A stretch of DNA of 60,897 bases, the filler included. It is 5 parts of 5 records of this genome, joined end to end, with 100 filler letters (N's around TTAATTAATTAA, not from the genome) between each part and the next. Parts side by side here need not be neighbours in the genome. Positions count along the whole stretch, not along the records: positions 36,626 to 54,043 come from DRR723986_4610; positions 54,144 to 60,897 come from DRR723986_4638; 3 more parts are not named here. One strand, 5' to 3'. Both the position numbers and the translations under genes were made by a program. A model generated the notes under the pieces. That model did no database searches. It saw only the letters and a program-made list of their open reading frames with translations, and had not been told where the DNA came from. Of this stretch, positions 45,313 through 56,905 are shown in pieces (position 1 is the stretch's first letter; each line of letters starts with the position of its first letter).

Positions 45313-48300
45313 CTACTCCGCCGGTACACCCGTGGTATCATTCGTGCCTTTAGCTTTCTCGTTTTCCTTCTTTTCATAGTCTTCCAGTTCACCTGCCAGC
45401 GCGCCCGGCGAGCGGGTAAACTTAGCAAGGGCATCATAAAACACCGGAACAATGAACAATGTGAAGAAGGTAGCGATCAACACGCCAGAGAATACCGTTA
45501 CACCAATGGTGCCGCGGCTATTAGCGCCCGCCCCTGTTGCAATCATGAGCGGCACAGCCCCCATAGCGGTAGACAAACCAGTCATCATGATGGGCCGCAA
45601 GCGGGTTTTTGATGAATTTATCAGGGCATTGCGCACGCTTTGGCCCTCGTCGCGCAATTGATTTGCGAACTCAACGATCAGGATGCCGTTTTTGGCCGCG
45701 AGTCCGATGAGCATAATAAGCCCCAACTGGCTATATATGTTGAGCGTACTGCCCGCCATATAAAGCCCAAACAGACCGCCGAGCACCGCAAGCGGCACCG
45801 TAAGCATGATTACAAACGGGTGGATGAAGCTTTCAAACTGTGCTGCAAGTACCAAAAACACCACCACAAGAGCCAAGATGAAGATGAAAATGACATCATC
45901 GCCTGCTTCCTTGAACTCCCGCGTGGCACCTTTGTAGTCAATACTGGTGACATCGGGCAGCACTTCACGCACTTTGTCTTCCATCCAGACGGTTACGTCA
46001 CCGATGGTGTAGCCCGGTGCCAAGTTACCCGTGATGGTGAGCGCACGCACACGGTTAAAACGCCGCAAATCACCTGAGCCTGAGTCTTCCCGCACAGACA
46101 CAAGGTTTGAAAGAGGTATAAGGTCGCCGGTGCGCCCGGATGCCACATGAATATTTTCCATGTCCAAAGGCTGCCGTCGGTCGCTATCACGTGCCTGCAG
46201 AATAACGTCATATTCTTCGCCGTCCTGCACGAAGGTGGTCACACGCCGCCCACCCATCATGGTTTCCAGCGTACGACCAATGCTTTGGATGGAAACACCG
46301 ATATCCGCCGCACGGGACCGATCAATTTGCACTTTGAATTGAGGCTGGGTTTCTCGGTAATCCGCATCCACATTCACAAGGCCGGGATACTCTCTTAGTT
46401 CTTCAAACATTACCTGTTTGAAGCGGCCAAGGTCTTCGTATGTATCACCGCCAATAACAAACTGAAAAGCTTCAGAGCCACCACCGCGCCTTGAAAGGCC
46501 AGAGGTTTCAATCGGGATAGCAAGCGCGCCGGTTACGTTGGAAAGCAACTTCGGTCTTAGCTCCCGCAATATTTCGGTTGAGCTACGTTCGCGTTCATCC
46601 CAGGGGGTGAGGATTAAGAAGCCAAAGCCACCGTTACCGTCAACCCGCACCAATATGCGCTCAAGTTCACCTTTTTCAATATACGGCATGACCTGCTCTT
46701 CAATCTTGCTAGCCTGGTTTTGCATGAAGGCATGACTTGCCCCTTCAGGGCCACGCACCCGCATGAACAATGAGCCTCGGTCTTCCACCGGCGCAAGCTC
46801 GGTTGGCACCTTTTCAAACAGCGCGAAGATTAGCAGGAAACAAGTCAAAAAACTCGCTGTAACCAGCATTTTATTATTGATGCAAATCAGCAAAAACCTG
46901 CCGTAGCCATCCTGTATTTTGGTGAAAACACGGTCAATGAATCTTGCAAAAGCAGGCTTTTTATTGCGCCGTCGCACCAAAATTGAGCACATCATCGGCG
47001 TTAATGTCAGCGCGATCAGGCTTGAGAAGACAACCGCTGCCGTCATAGTAATCGCGAGTTCACCAAATAAACGCCCCACATTACCAGAAAGGAAGAAAAT
47101 CGGTACAAATACGCCAATCAACACCAATGTAGTTGCGATAACCGCAAAACCCACTTGTCGGGCGCCACGGTATGCTGCGACCAAACCTGGCTCGCCCTCT
47201 TCCACCCGGCGATATATATTTTCCAGCACAACGATGGCGTCATCAACCACAAGGCCGATGGCCAGAACCAGCCCCAGCAATGTGATAAGATTGATACTAA
47301 CACCGGTTAGCGAAAGAACCCAAAAACTGGCAATGATGCATACAGGCACTGTCACAGCAGGAACAATTACTGTTTTGATGTTGCCCAAAAACAGATACAG
47401 CACCAGCACAACCAGTGACATAGAAACCGCCAGCGTGAAATACACTTCAGAAATGGCTTTTTCGATGAAGACAGAGGTATCAAACGCCACTAGCAATTCC
47501 ATGCTTTCCGGCAGCGTTTCACGAATGCGTTCCATCTCGGCTTTGGCACCTAATGCAACAGCAAGTGTATTTCCCTTGGACTGTTTGATAACGCCCAGCC
47601 CAATAACCGGCACACCGTTACCGCGGAACGTACGTTCTTCGCGCTCAGCGCCCAGTTCAACCGATGCCACGTCACCGAGACGCACAAAGCCGCCGTCTGC
47701 TCCTTCCCGAATAACCATGGTTTCAAAGTCTTCTGCGCGAGCATATTCTCGGTTCAACCGAACAATTGTGTCGCGCTGTAACGATTCTACCGTTCCTGCC
47801 GGCAGTTCAACATTTTCCGAGCGCATAACGGCTTCGATGTCTGCTACAGTAATACCGCGCGCGGCCATGGCCTGCCGGTCTAGGTCTACCCGTATAGCAT
47901 AGCGCTTTTGCCCGCCTATACGGACGCCAGAAACACCGTCTACAACCGACAAGCGGTCAACAATGTTGCGTTCTGCATAGTCTGTGAGTTGAAGAACATC
48001 CATTACAGGGCTGGTCAGGTTAAACCACATGATTGGCTGAGTATCGTTGTCTGCCTTCGCCACCTCTGGCGGCTCAACCTCTTCCGGAAGGTTATTTAAA
48101 ACCCTGCTGACGCGGTCCCGCACGTCATTGGCACCGCTATCAATATCGCGGTCCAAGTTAAATTCAACGGTGATATTAGACTGGCCATCACGACTAGTGC
48201 TTTCAATGGTCTTAATGCCTTGAACACCAGCGATTGCGCTCTCAATAATTTGAGTGACCCGGGTTTCTACGACTGCAGCGTTAGCGCCAGGATAATTGGT

Positions 48301-48444
48301 GCGCACACTTACAATAGGTGGATCAACATCAGGCAACTCCCTCACGGGAATATCGCCGAAGGAAATGATACCGAAGGCCACCAGCATCAAACTGATTACG
48401 GTGGCAAAAACAGGTCGCTTAACTGATATATCTGAAAGGATCAT
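45313..48444 (-). CDS. RND efflux transporter permease (AcrB family)
   Basis: 1043 aa; KRPVFA, GLVVDDAIVVLENI, AKNGILIVEFA, RLRPIMMT. Confidence 0.95.
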   Translation of the reverse strand: MILSDISVKRPVFATVISLMLVAFGIISFGDIPVRELPDVDPPIVSVRTNYPGANAAVVETRVTQIIESAIAGVQGIKTIESTSRDGQSNITVEFNLDRDIDSGANDVRDRVSRVLNNLPEEVEPPEVAKADNDTQPIMWFNLTSPVMDVLQLTDYAERNIVDRLSVVDGVSGVRIGGQKRYAIRVDLDRQAMAARGITVADIEAVMRSENVELPAGTVESLQRDTIVRLNREYARAEDFETMVIREGADGGFVRLGDVASVELGAEREERTFRGNGVPVIGLGVIKQSKGNTLAVALGAKAEMERIRETLPESMELLVAFDTSVFIEKAISEVYFTLAVSMSLVVLVLYLFLGNIKTVIVPAVTVPVCIIASFWVLSLTGVSINLITLLGLVLAIGLVVDDAIVVLENIYRRVEEGEPGLVAAYRGARQVGFAVIATTLVLIGVFVPIFFLSGNVGRLFGELAITMTAAVVFSSLIALTLTPMMCSILVRRRNKKPAFARFIDRVFTKIQDGYGRFLLICINNKMLVTASFLTCFLLIFALFEKVPTELAPVEDRGSLFMRVRGPEGASHAFMQNQASKIEEQVMPYIEKGELERILVRVDGNGGFGFLILTPWDERERSSTEILRELRPKLLSNVTGALAIPIETSGLSRRGGGSEAFQFVIGGDTYEDLGRFKQVMFEELREYPGLVNVDADYRETQPQFKVQIDRSRAADIGVSIQSIGRTLETMMGGRRVTTFVQDGEEYDVILQARDSDRRQPLDMENIHVASGRTGDLIPLSNLVSVREDSGSGDLRRFNRVRALTITGNLAPGYTIGDVTVWMEDKVREVLPDVTSIDYKGATREFKEAGDDVIFIFILALVVVFLVLAAQFESFIHPFVIMLTVPLAVLGGLFGLYMAGSTLNIYSQLGLIMLIGLAAKNGILIVEFANQLRDEGQSVRNALINSSKTRLRPIMMTGLSTAMGAVPLMIATGAGANSRGTIGVTVFSGVLIATFFTLFIVPVFYDALAKFTRSPGALAGELEDYEKKENEKAKGTNDTTGVPAE

Positions 48445-49529
48445 GACGCTGCTCCTTGCCGCTGTGGCCTGCCGCCGCCTTCATTACCCTCGCGCACACG
48501 CATGCCCGCACGCCCTAACCGCATGGTACCTTCAACGACAACACGCTCACCTTCAGAAAGTCCTTCTGTCACCTCGACGTATCCGGGCCGGCGAATACCG
48601 AGCGTGACTTCCCGTCGGTCTGCAACGTCTTCGTTAACAACAAATACATATGCCCGCCCGCCAGACGGCACCACCGCTTCTTCAGGCACAGAAAGCCCTT
48701 GCCATGTGCGGCTGATCACCTCAACCCGCATTAACAGGCCGGGGCGTAAAACATTATCATCATTAGGGAACGTAGCGCGCACAATCACCGTTCTCGTAAT
48801 GGGATCAACGCGGTTGTCTACAGTGCTGATCACGCCTTGAAAGATGCGATCAGGAAAAGCCTCAACCCGCGCATTCACCGTCTGACCTTTGGCCAAGGTG
48901 GCAATGAAGCGTTCTGGCACGGAGAAATCCAGGTTGATAATGTCAATAGAGTCGATGGTGGTAATAGGGTTGTTTTGCGTGACCAAAGACCCTTCGCTTA
49001 CTTGTCGCAAACCAAGCACGCCGTCAAACGGCGCTACAATTCTACGGTCAGCCATGCGGGCTTCTGCAGCCGCAAGTCTGAACCGGGCTTCCGCCAAACT
49101 GCGGCGCTGAGCGTCCAATGTTGCCGTTGACGCATTGCCGCGCGTCACCAGGTCTTCAGTGCGGTCGAATTGGTTTTGTGCCTCACGCAGATTAGCCTGG
49201 GCTTCGCTAAGCTGAGCCTGCTCCTCGGCGTCTTGTAGCGCCACCAGCAGGTCGCCCTTCTTGACGATCTGACCGTCCTCAAACGCAACCAGACGTACTG
49301 TGTCAGATACGCGCGGTGTTAACACCACCGATTCGCGCGCGCGGGTTGTGCCCAAGGCTTCAACAATATCGCTGAACTCTCTCAACTCAATCGCCCTGGT
49401 CACCACACTGACTGCGCCGAAGCCACGGCGGCCACGCTCACTGCCAGTATCATCCTGCATTAACAGCCAACCTGCAGAGGCAGCCAGAGCAACAAAAACA
49501 ATCAGTAAAACAATACGGCCAGACCCCAT
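48441..49529 (-). CDS. RND periplasmic adaptor (MFP) subunit
   Basis: N-terminal TM, VKKGDLL, IVAPFDG, LRPG; coupled to the RND gene. Confidence 0.92.
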   Translation of the reverse strand: MGSGRIVLLIVFVALAASAGWLLMQDDTGSERGRRGFGAVSVVTRAIELREFSDIVEALGTTRARESVVLTPRVSDTVRLVAFEDGQIVKKGDLLVALQDAEEQAQLSEAQANLREAQNQFDRTEDLVTRGNASTATLDAQRRSLAEARFRLAAAEARMADRRIVAPFDGVLGLRQVSEGSLVTQNNPITTIDSIDIINLDFSVPERFIATLAKGQTVNARVEAFPDRIFQGVISTVDNRVDPITRTVIVRATFPNDDNVLRPGLLMRVEVISRTWQGLSVPEEAVVPSGGRAYVFVVNEDVADRREVTLGIRRPGYVEVTEGLSEGERVVVEGTMRLGRAGMRVREGNEGGGRPQRQGAAS

Positions 49530-49694
49530 GGCACAATCCCCTAAAAAGTAAACTAAACTATGTTTTCAATGTATACGGCTAAAACACTGGCCAGATCATT
49601 AAAACATTCAACTATCATACGGTCCATGCCTTGTGTAACCTTTGCAGTCAATTTTATGTGTTCTCTAGGCCAGCAAAACTATAGGAAGTATGAG

Positions 49695-50561
49695 CTAACA
49701 CCATTGTTGTTTGACATGCTCGGTGAACGCTGCGGCCATGTGAACTGTTTGTTCGGGCAAGTCAGAGCGCGGTAAAAACAAGCCCAAGCGGCGTTCATGG
49801 TCAAACCCGTTCAAACGTACCTGCGCCACCCGTTCGTCGACCAGGCTTTGCGGTACAACTGTTCCGCCCAAACCCGCAGCCACCATGGCAACTGCACGGC
49901 TATCATTTGGTGTTCGGTAGGCTAATCGGGGCCTAATATTACGGTCCGTGAAATACCGGCTGGTTTCGCTCAATACCTCGCAGCGGCTGCGAACAATCAT
50001 ATAATCTTCCGACAGGTCAGACGCGGAAACCCGAGTTCGACCAGCCAGCTTATGAGAACTAGCTACAATAAAAACATAAGGCTCAGACCGAAGGGCAATA
50101 GAAACATCGGCCGGTTCACCGCGATGCACAGACAATGCAAAATCAAGGCTACGGTCTTCTAGACGGTTCTCAAGCTCTTGCTCAGTACCGTCAATGATTT
50201 CAATAGCGGCAGCAGGCATTTTTTTTCGAAAAGTTGCTAACAATTCGCCCACCATTCTATTTGACAAAGTTGACAAAACCCCAACGCGCAACAACGGCAT
50301 ATTCCCCGCCTCATCCAACACTTGTTGGGCCATGTTGCATTCATGTAAAATCGTTTTGGCGCGGGGCAATAAACGCGCACCGGCATCTGTCAGAAAAACA
50401 CGACGATTTGTACGCTCAAACAGGCTATGACCAACCTGTTGCTCCAGTTTCTTGATGCCCGCAGACAGCGTTGGCTGAGTAACGAAAGCACGGTCAGCAG
50501 CGCGCGTGAAGTTACCGGTTTCAACAACCGCAAGAAAATAGCGTAGCAGATAAATATCCAT
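49695..50561 (-). CDS. LysR-family transcriptional regulator
   Basis: LRYFLAVVETGNFTRAA...TQPTLSAGIKKLE...LFER HTH (alternative start 50573). Confidence 0.93.
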   Translation of the reverse strand: MDIYLLRYFLAVVETGNFTRAADRAFVTQPTLSAGIKKLEQQVGHSLFERTNRRVFLTDAGARLLPRAKTILHECNMAQQVLDEAGNMPLLRVGVLSTLSNRMVGELLATFRKKMPAAAIEIIDGTEQELENRLEDRSLDFALSVHRGEPADVSIALRSEPYVFIVASSHKLAGRTRVSASDLSEDYMIVRSRCEVLSETSRYFTDRNIRPRLAYRTPNDSRAVAMVAAGLGGTVVPQSLVDERVAQVRLNGFDHERRLGLFLPRSDLPEQTVHMAAAFTEHVKQQWC

Positions 50562-50579
50562 AATAGACACCATCTATTA
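50561..50579. promoter_or_regulatory. LysR-type recognition site
   Basis: TAATAGA-CACCA-TCTATTA containing ATAG-N7-CTAT (T-N11-A) at the lysR start, divergent from liuB. Confidence 0.55.
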
Positions 50580-50704
50580 ATAGCATTGCATTATTCGATT
50601 ATACCAATAGCAAACTTACCGCTATTATTCTATAAATTTTTGACACCACTGGTAATGATACTGGTTGCAGATATTTCTCTGCGACAACGACAGGAGAGAC
50701 GTTT

Positions 50705-52312
50705 ATGTCTGTGCTGCAATCTGCATTGAACACAAAGTCTGATAGTTTCCAAGAAAATGCTGACCACATGGCAGAGCAAATCGATGATTTGAATGCTAAG
50801 ATCAGCCAAATTTCCGCTGGAGGCTCAGAGCGTGCGCGTGAAAAACACCTTTCGCGCGGTAAACTATTGCCTCGCGAGCGCATCAACGGCCTTCTTGATC
50901 CCGGCTCACCTTTTCTGGAGCTGTCTCAATTGGCAGGCTACGGCATGTATGATGCCGATATCGCGTCTGGAGGCATTATAACGGGTATTGGGCGCGTATC
51001 CGGTGTTGAGTGCATGATTGTATGCAACGATGCCACTGTTAAAGGCGGCACTTACTACCCTGTCACCGTTAAAAAACATCTCCGCGCGCAGGAAATTGCC
51101 GGTGAAAACCGCCTTCCTTGCATCTATTTGGTCGATAGCGGCGGCGCGAATCTGCCAAACCAAGATGAAGTTTTCCCTGACCGTGATCATTTTGGCCGGA
51201 TTTTCTATAATCAGGCCCAATTGTCCGCTGCGGGCATTCCACAAATCGCAGTTGTAATGGGCAGCTGTACAGCAGGTGGTGCTTACGTACCTGCAATGGC
51301 AGACGAAAGCATTATCGTTCAAAACCAAGGCACCATTTTCCTCGGCGGTCCTCCACTGGTAAAAGCAGCAACCGGCGAAGTTGTTAGTGCGGAAGACTTG
51401 GGCGGCGGCGACGTTCACGCTCGCACATCAGGTGTTGTAGACCATCTGGCCAAAGACGATGAGCACGCGCTCAGCATTGCCCGGCGCATCGTCGGCAAAC
51501 TTAACCACCGGAAAAACCCAAGTGTGTTGATGCAACAGCCTGAAGCCCCGCTGTATGACCCGAAAGAGATTTTCGGGATCATCCCGAAAGACGTGCGCCA
51601 ACCATACGACATTCGCGAAGTTATTGCCCGAACCGTCGATGGCAGCGAATTTGACGAATTCAAAAAGTTATATGGAGAAACGCTGGTTTGCGGTTTTGCC
51701 CACATTCACGGCTACCCGGTCGGCATAGTCGCTAATAACGGTGTTTTGTTCGCTGAAAGCGCCAGAAAAGGTGCTCATTTTGTAGAACTATGTGCCCAGC
51801 GTGGCATCCCTCTGGTATTCCTGCAAAACATCACTGGCTTTATGGTCGGGCAAAAATACGAGAACAACGGCATCGCCCGGGATGGGGCCAAAATGGTAAC
51901 TGCTGTTGCCTGCGCCAATGTACCAAAATTCACCGTTATTATCGGCGGCAGCTTCGGTGCAGGAAACTACGGCATGTGCGGACGGTCTTACCAACCGCGT
52001 TTCTTATGGATGTGGCCAAACGCGCGCATTTCGGTAATGGGCGGCGAGCAAGCCGCAGGCGTATTGTCCACTGTTAAGCGAGACAGCCTTGAACTGCGCG
52101 GTGAAGATTGGTCCACCGAAGACGAAGAAGCCTTCAAGGCCCCCATCCGCGAAATGTACGAGCTGCAAGGCCACCCGTACTACGCCAGTGCGCGTTTGTG
52201 GGACGACGGGGTGATCAACCCCGCCGACACGCGCCGGGTTTTGGGCCTTGGCTTGTCTGCCACTATGAACGCGCCAATCGAGCCGACCAAGTTCGGCATA
52301 TTTAGAATGTAA
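50705..52312 (+). CDS. liuB: 3-methylcrotonyl-CoA carboxylase beta (carboxyltransferase) subunit
   Basis: [38 protein letters not shown]. Confidence 0.92.
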   Translation: MSVLQSALNTKSDSFQENADHMAEQIDDLNAKISQISAGGSERAREKHLSRGKLLPRERINGLLDPGSPFLELSQLAGYGMYDADIASGGIITGIGRVSGVECMIVCNDATVKGGTYYPVTVKKHLRAQEIAGENRLPCIYLVDSGGANLPNQDEVFPDRDHFGRIFYNQAQLSAAGIPQIAVVMGSCTAGGAYVPAMADESIIVQNQGTIFLGGPPLVKAATGEVVSAEDLGGGDVHARTSGVVDHLAKDDEHALSIARRIVGKLNHRKNPSVLMQQPEAPLYDPKEIFGIIPKDVRQPYDIREVIARTVDGSEFDEFKKLYGETLVCGFAHIHGYPVGIVANNGVLFAESARKGAHFVELCAQRGIPLVFLQNITGFMVGQKYENNGIARDGAKMVTAVACANVPKFTVIIGGSFGAGNYGMCGRSYQPRFLWMWPNARISVMGGEQAAGVLSTVKRDSLELRGEDWSTEDEEAFKAPIREMYELQGHPYYASARLWDDGVINPADTRRVLGLGLSATMNAPIEPTKFGIFRM

Positions 52313-52322
52313 TGGGTGTAAA

Positions 52323-53120
52323 GTGACCGTGTATAAAGACTTGATCATTGATACCGACAGCCGCGGCGTTGCCACGATTACGCTTAACCGCCCTGACGTA
52401 CATAATGCTTTTAATAATGAATTGATTGCCGAATTACGGGCAGCCTTTCTGGCGCTTGATGCTGATGCGGCGGTGCGTGTAATATTGCTTACCGGTGCAG
52501 GCAAAAGCTTTTCAGCAGGCGCGGACCTGAACTGGATGAAACGATCAGCAACTTTCAGTGCCGAAGAAAATCAGGAAGATGCCATGCGCCTTTCGGATAT
52601 GCTTTCCACCATCAATAATTGCTCGAAACCCACATTGGCGTTTGTCAACGGCACCGCTTTTGGCGGCGGCGTGGGCCTCGCGGCCTGCTGCGACATCGTT
52701 GTAGCACTTTCATCGGCGGTCTTCTCTTTGTCGGAAGTCAAACTGGGGCTGACCCCTGCAACCATTTCGCCTTATGTGGTTCGTGCCATCGGCGAGCGCG
52801 CAGCCCGGCGCTACTTCCTCACGGCTGAGCGCTTTGATGGCGTTGAAGCGCGGCGCATTGGCCTTGTGCATGAAATTGCCCAAACTGTAGATGAGGCCCA
52901 GATGATTGCTGACGGGCTGGTCGACTATCTCCTGTCAGGCGGCCCCATGGCACAAACGGATGCCAAATCGTTGATACGGATGGTTGGCGGCACACAAATT
53001 ACTGACGACATGCGCGAAAAAACAGCTCAACAAATTGCTGAGCGCCGCACCAGCACCGAGGGGCAAGAGGGCCTGAGCGCGTTTCTTGAAAAACGAAAAC
53101 CGAATTGGAGCGCTGACTAA
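52323..53120 (+). CDS. liuC: Methylglutaconyl-CoA hydratase (crotonase family)
   Basis: NRPDVHNAF, FSAGADLNWM, SEVKLGLTPATISPY; between the two MCC subunits. Confidence 0.82.
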   Translation: MTVYKDLIIDTDSRGVATITLNRPDVHNAFNNELIAELRAAFLALDADAAVRVILLTGAGKSFSAGADLNWMKRSATFSAEENQEDAMRLSDMLSTINNCSKPTLAFVNGTAFGGGVGLAACCDIVVALSSAVFSLSEVKLGLTPATISPYVVRAIGERAARRYFLTAERFDGVEARRIGLVHEIAQTVDEAQMIADGLVDYLLSGGPMAQTDAKSLIRMVGGTQITDDMREKTAQQIAERRTSTEGQEGLSAFLEKRKPNWSAD

Positions 53121-54043
53121 TGACTGAAGCACCCAAAAAAATTCGCAAACTACTCGTAGCTAATCGCGGCGAGATTGCTTGCCGTGTTATGGCCACCTGC
53201 CAAACATTAGGCATAAAAACAGTGGCTGTTCACTCCAGCGTGGATAGCGCCGCACTTCATGTGCAAATGGCTGACCAGGCCGTGAATATTGGCGGCACAG
53301 CAGCCAGCGAAAGCTACTTGGTTATCGACAAAATTATAGCTGCCGCAAAGGCCACTGGGGCTGATGCCATTCACCCCGGTTATGGTTTTCTGTCTGAAAA
53401 CCCTACTTTCGCCAATCGCTGCGTTGAAGAAGACATTATTTTCATCGGCCCCAGCGCCGCCTCTATGGAGGCTATGGCACTAAAGGGTGCTGCTAAAAAA
53501 ATCATGACAGACGCGGGTGTGCCGGTGGTTCCCGGTTATCACGGCGATGAGCAGTCTGATGAATTTTTAGCTGCTGAAGCTGAAAAAATTGGCTTCCCCG
53601 TCCTTATTAAAGCAGTTGCAGGCGGCGGCGGCAAAGGCATGCGCATTGTGCATAAAGCATCTGAAGCCAAGGCCGCCATTGAAGCGGCACGGCGCGAAGG
53701 AGAAAACTCCTTCAGTAACGGCAAGCTATTGATTGAAAAGCTTATCCAGAAACCACGTCATGTGGAACTTCAGGTTTTCGGCGACCAAGACGGAAACACA
53801 GTTCATTTATTTGAACGCGACTGTTCGTTGCAGCGCAGGTACCAAAAAGTTGTTGAAGAAGCCCCTGCCCCCGGCATGAGTTCAGAGATGCGCCGTGCCA
53901 TGGGTGAGGCCGCTGTAAAAGCCGCACAAGCGATTAACTATGTTGGTGCTGGCACGGTGGAATTTATTGTTGATGTAGCCGACGGCCTTGAGGGTGCACC
54001 CTTTTATTTCATGGAAATGAACACCCGTCTGCAGGTTGAACAC
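53120..54043 (+). CDS. liuD: 3-methylcrotonyl-CoA carboxylase alpha (biotin carboxylase) subunit, 3'-truncated
   Basis: ANRGEIACR, HPGYGFLSEN, GGGGKGMR, EMNTRLQVEH. Confidence 0.88.
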
Positions 54044-54143
54044 NNNNNNNNNNNNNNNNNNNNNNNNNNNNNNNNNNNNNNNNNNNNTTAATTAATTAAN
54101 NNNNNNNNNNNNNNNNNNNNNNNNNNNNNNNNNNNNNNNNNNN
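54044..54143. other. Artificial contig-joining spacer
   Basis: N44-TTAATTAATTAA-N44. Confidence 0.98.
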
Positions 54144-54144
54144 C

Positions 54145-54384
54145 GCGAAAGAGGCCTGCTCCAAGGCGCTGGGCACCGGGCTGCGCATGGGCATTTCGTG
54201 GAAAGATATGGCTGTCTCAAACCTGCCCACCGGCCAGCCCGTGATGGAGCTTAGCGGCTGGGCCAAAGAGCGGCTCGATGCCATCACCCCACCGGGCCAC
54301 AGCGCGGTGGTGCATGTGACCCTGACCGATGACCACCCTTGGGCGCAGGCCTTTGTTGTGATCGAGGCGCGCCCCTTACCTTGA
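54145..54384 (+). CDS. acpS: Holo-ACP synthase, C-terminal part
   Basis: [12 protein letters not shown]...[14 protein letters not shown]; upstream of lepB. Confidence 0.9.
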   Translation, partial: AKEACSKALGTGLRMGISWKDMAVSNLPTGQPVMELSGWAKERLDAITPPGHSAVVHVTLTDDHPWAQAFVVIEARPLP

Positions 54385-54438
54385 CACCTTACCCCGTGGG
54401 CCGCATGTAGCGGCAAGCATGAAAAACAGGAGCCCGTT

Positions 54439-55275
54439 ATGGCATCAGATGACAAAAAGCGCGGCGGTATTGTCGAGACCATTAAAACAGTGGTCTATGC
54501 GCTGCTGATTGCCGGCGTCTTTCGCACGCTGTTTTTCCAGCCCTTCTGGATCCCGTCGGGCAGTATGAAAGACACGCTGCTGATTGGTGATTTCTTGTTC
54601 GTCAATAAAATGGCCTATGGCTATTCTTACGCCTCGTGTCCCTCGGTGCGTATCCCGGCCATTGGCATCAATATCGATGCCAAAGATATCTGCGGGTTTT
54701 TTGATGGTGAAAACACCCGTTTGTTGGCAGGCGCGCCGCAGCAAGGGGATGTGGTGGTGTTTCGCCACCCTGTCAGCGGGGCAGATTATATCAAACGCCT
54801 GATCGGCCTGCCCGGCGATACGGTGCAGGTGGTGGGCGGCGTGTTGCACATCAACGGCGCGCCCATGGCGCTGCGCGATGGTGGGCAATTCGAGGAAGAA
54901 TTCGGGCCCCAAGGCCCCTATCGCCACCGCCCGCGCTGTGAAAACGGCCCGGTGGGCAATGGCGGTATCTGCGCGAAATCGCGCCAGATCGAAACCCTGC
55001 CCAATGGCACCGAACATGCCATTTTGAACATCACGACCCAAGGCTCGGATAATACGCCCGTCTATACCGTGCCGGCGGGGCATTATTTCTTTATGGGCGA
55101 TAACCGCGACAATTCTACTGACAGCCGCGTGCCGCAGGCCGCGGGCGGTGTGGGGTTTGTGCCCTTTGAAAACCTGATCGGCCGCGCTGATCGTGTGCTG
55201 CTGTCGTCTGGGGGCAGCTCGATGCTGGCGTTCTGGACATGGCGCGCAGACCGTTTCTTTAAGGCAATCGAGTGA
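54439..55275 (+). CDS. lepB: Signal peptidase I
   Basis: [30 protein letters not shown]. Confidence 0.95.
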   Translation: MASDDKKRGGIVETIKTVVYALLIAGVFRTLFFQPFWIPSGSMKDTLLIGDFLFVNKMAYGYSYASCPSVRIPAIGINIDAKDICGFFDGENTRLLAGAPQQGDVVVFRHPVSGADYIKRLIGLPGDTVQVVGGVLHINGAPMALRDGGQFEEEFGPQGPYRHRPRCENGPVGNGGICAKSRQIETLPNGTEHAILNITTQGSDNTPVYTVPAGHYFFMGDNRDNSTDSRVPQAAGGVGFVPFENLIGRADRVLLSSGGSSMLAFWTWRADRFFKAIE

Positions 55276-55958
55276 AGCTATCGGCAGAATTGCAGGCGCT
55301 AGAGGCGCGCATCGGGCACCGGTTTTCCCGGCCAGAACTGCTGGCGCGGGCTGTCACCCATTCCTCGATGTCCTCGCCCACGCGCCAAGATAACCAGCGG
55401 CTGGAATTTTTGGGCGATCGGGTGCTGGGCCTGGTGATGGCCGAGGCGTTGCTAGCCCATGACAAAAAGGCAAGCGAGGGGCAATTGGCCCCCCGCTACA
55501 ACGCCCTGGTGCGCAAGGAAACCTGTGCCGATGTTGCCCGCCAGCTGGGCCTGGGCGATGCGCTGAAACTGGGGCGCTCGGAGATGCTGTCGGGCGGGCG
55601 GCGCAAGCAGGCGCTTTTGGGCGATGCGATGGAGGCGGTGATTGCCGCGGTCTATCTGGATGCCGGGTTTGTCGTGGCCAAAGAGATGGTTTTGCGCCTT
55701 TGGGGGCCGCGCATTGGCACCGTGGATGCAGATGCACGCGATGCCAAAACCACGTTGCAAGAATGGGCGCAAGCGCGCGCCATGCCGCCGCCGGTCTATG
55801 CATTGGCCGGGCGCAGCGGGCCTGACCACGCGCCGCAATTTACCATTACCGTGACCTTGCGCGATGGGCGCAGCGCGCAGGCTTCGGCCGGCTCGAAACG
55901 GCAGGCAGAACAGGCGGCCGCCCAAAGCCTGCTTGCGGAACTGGACAGCGCAGGGTGA
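55272..55958 (+). CDS. rnc: Ribonuclease III
   Basis: [14 protein letters not shown] signature; C-terminal dsRBD. Confidence 0.96.
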   Translation: MKLSAELQALEARIGHRFSRPELLARAVTHSSMSSPTRQDNQRLEFLGDRVLGLVMAEALLAHDKKASEGQLAPRYNALVRKETCADVARQLGLGDALKLGRSEMLSGGRRKQALLGDAMEAVIAAVYLDAGFVVAKEMVLRLWGPRIGTVDADARDAKTTLQEWAQARAMPPPVYALAGRSGPDHAPQFTITVTLRDGRSAQASAGSKRQAEQAAAQSLLAELDSAG

Positions 55959-56836
55959 GCGGGCACGCCGCCGGCAATCTGCGCGGCAGCCTGTTTATGG
56001 TGCTGGCCATGGCGGCCTTTGCCCTAGAGGACATGCTTTACAAATCCGTCACGCTGGCGCTGCCGATGGGGCAGGGCTTGGTGCTGTTTGGGGTCTTGGG
56101 CATGGCGCTTTTCACGCTGTTATGCCTGCTGCGCGGCCAGCCGCCCTTGGTGGTGCAGATGTGGCGCCCGGGGCTTTTGCTGCGCTCTGGCTTCGAGGTG
56201 CTGGGCCGGCTCTTTTTTGCGCTGGCGCTGGCCTTTGGCGATCTATCCACCACCGCGGCCATTTTGCAGGCGCTGCCACTGGCGGTGACGCTGGGGGCGG
56301 TGCTGTTTCTGCGCGAGGCGGTGGGCTGGCGGCGCTGGCTGGCCATTTGGGTGGGGTTTTGCGGTGTGTTGCTGGTGATACGCCCCACCACCCAAGGTGT
56401 GGCGCCCGAGGCGATTTTTGCGCTGTTGGGCATGGTGGGCTTTGCCGGGCGCGATTTGGCCACGCGCGCGGCACCCCCCAGCATTGGCAATCTGCAATTG
56501 GGTGTCTTGGGCTTTGGCATGGTTATTCTGGCCGGTCTGGTGCTGATGCTGGCCTTTGGTGAGGCGCCAAGCCTGCCATCGGGGCGGGTTTGGGGGCTGC
56601 TGATTGGGGCGGCGCTGTTTGGCGTGCTGGCCTATCACGCGGTAACGGTGGCCATGCGGGTGGGGCAGGTGGCGGTTGTGGCGCCTTTTCGCTATAGCCG
56701 GCTGGTTTTTGCCATGGGCCTGGGCGCGCTGGTTTTTGGCGAGCGGCCCGATCTGCAGACATGGCTGGGGGCTGTGCTGATTGTGGGCAGCGGGCTGTTC
56801 ACTTTGCTGGCCAGCGCGCGCGGCCCGCGCAAATGA
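55955..56836 (+). CDS. DMT/EamA family transporter
   Basis: About 10 TMs, [21 protein letters not shown]. Confidence 0.88.
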   Translation: MSGHAAGNLRGSLFMVLAMAAFALEDMLYKSVTLALPMGQGLVLFGVLGMALFTLLCLLRGQPPLVVQMWRPGLLLRSGFEVLGRLFFALALAFGDLSTTAAILQALPLAVTLGAVLFLREAVGWRRWLAIWVGFCGVLLVIRPTTQGVAPEAIFALLGMVGFAGRDLATRAAPPSIGNLQLGVLGFGMVILAGLVLMLAFGEAPSLPSGRVWGLLIGAALFGVLAYHAVTVAMRVGQVAVVAPFRYSRLVFAMGLGALVFGERPDLQTWLGAVLIVGSGLFTLLASARGPRK

Positions 56837-56905
56837 TACGCAGATACTGGCCCCGGCCTGCGAATTGGCGTAGGAGTGGGGAAATTTTCACAGGATTGGC
56901 CTGAT

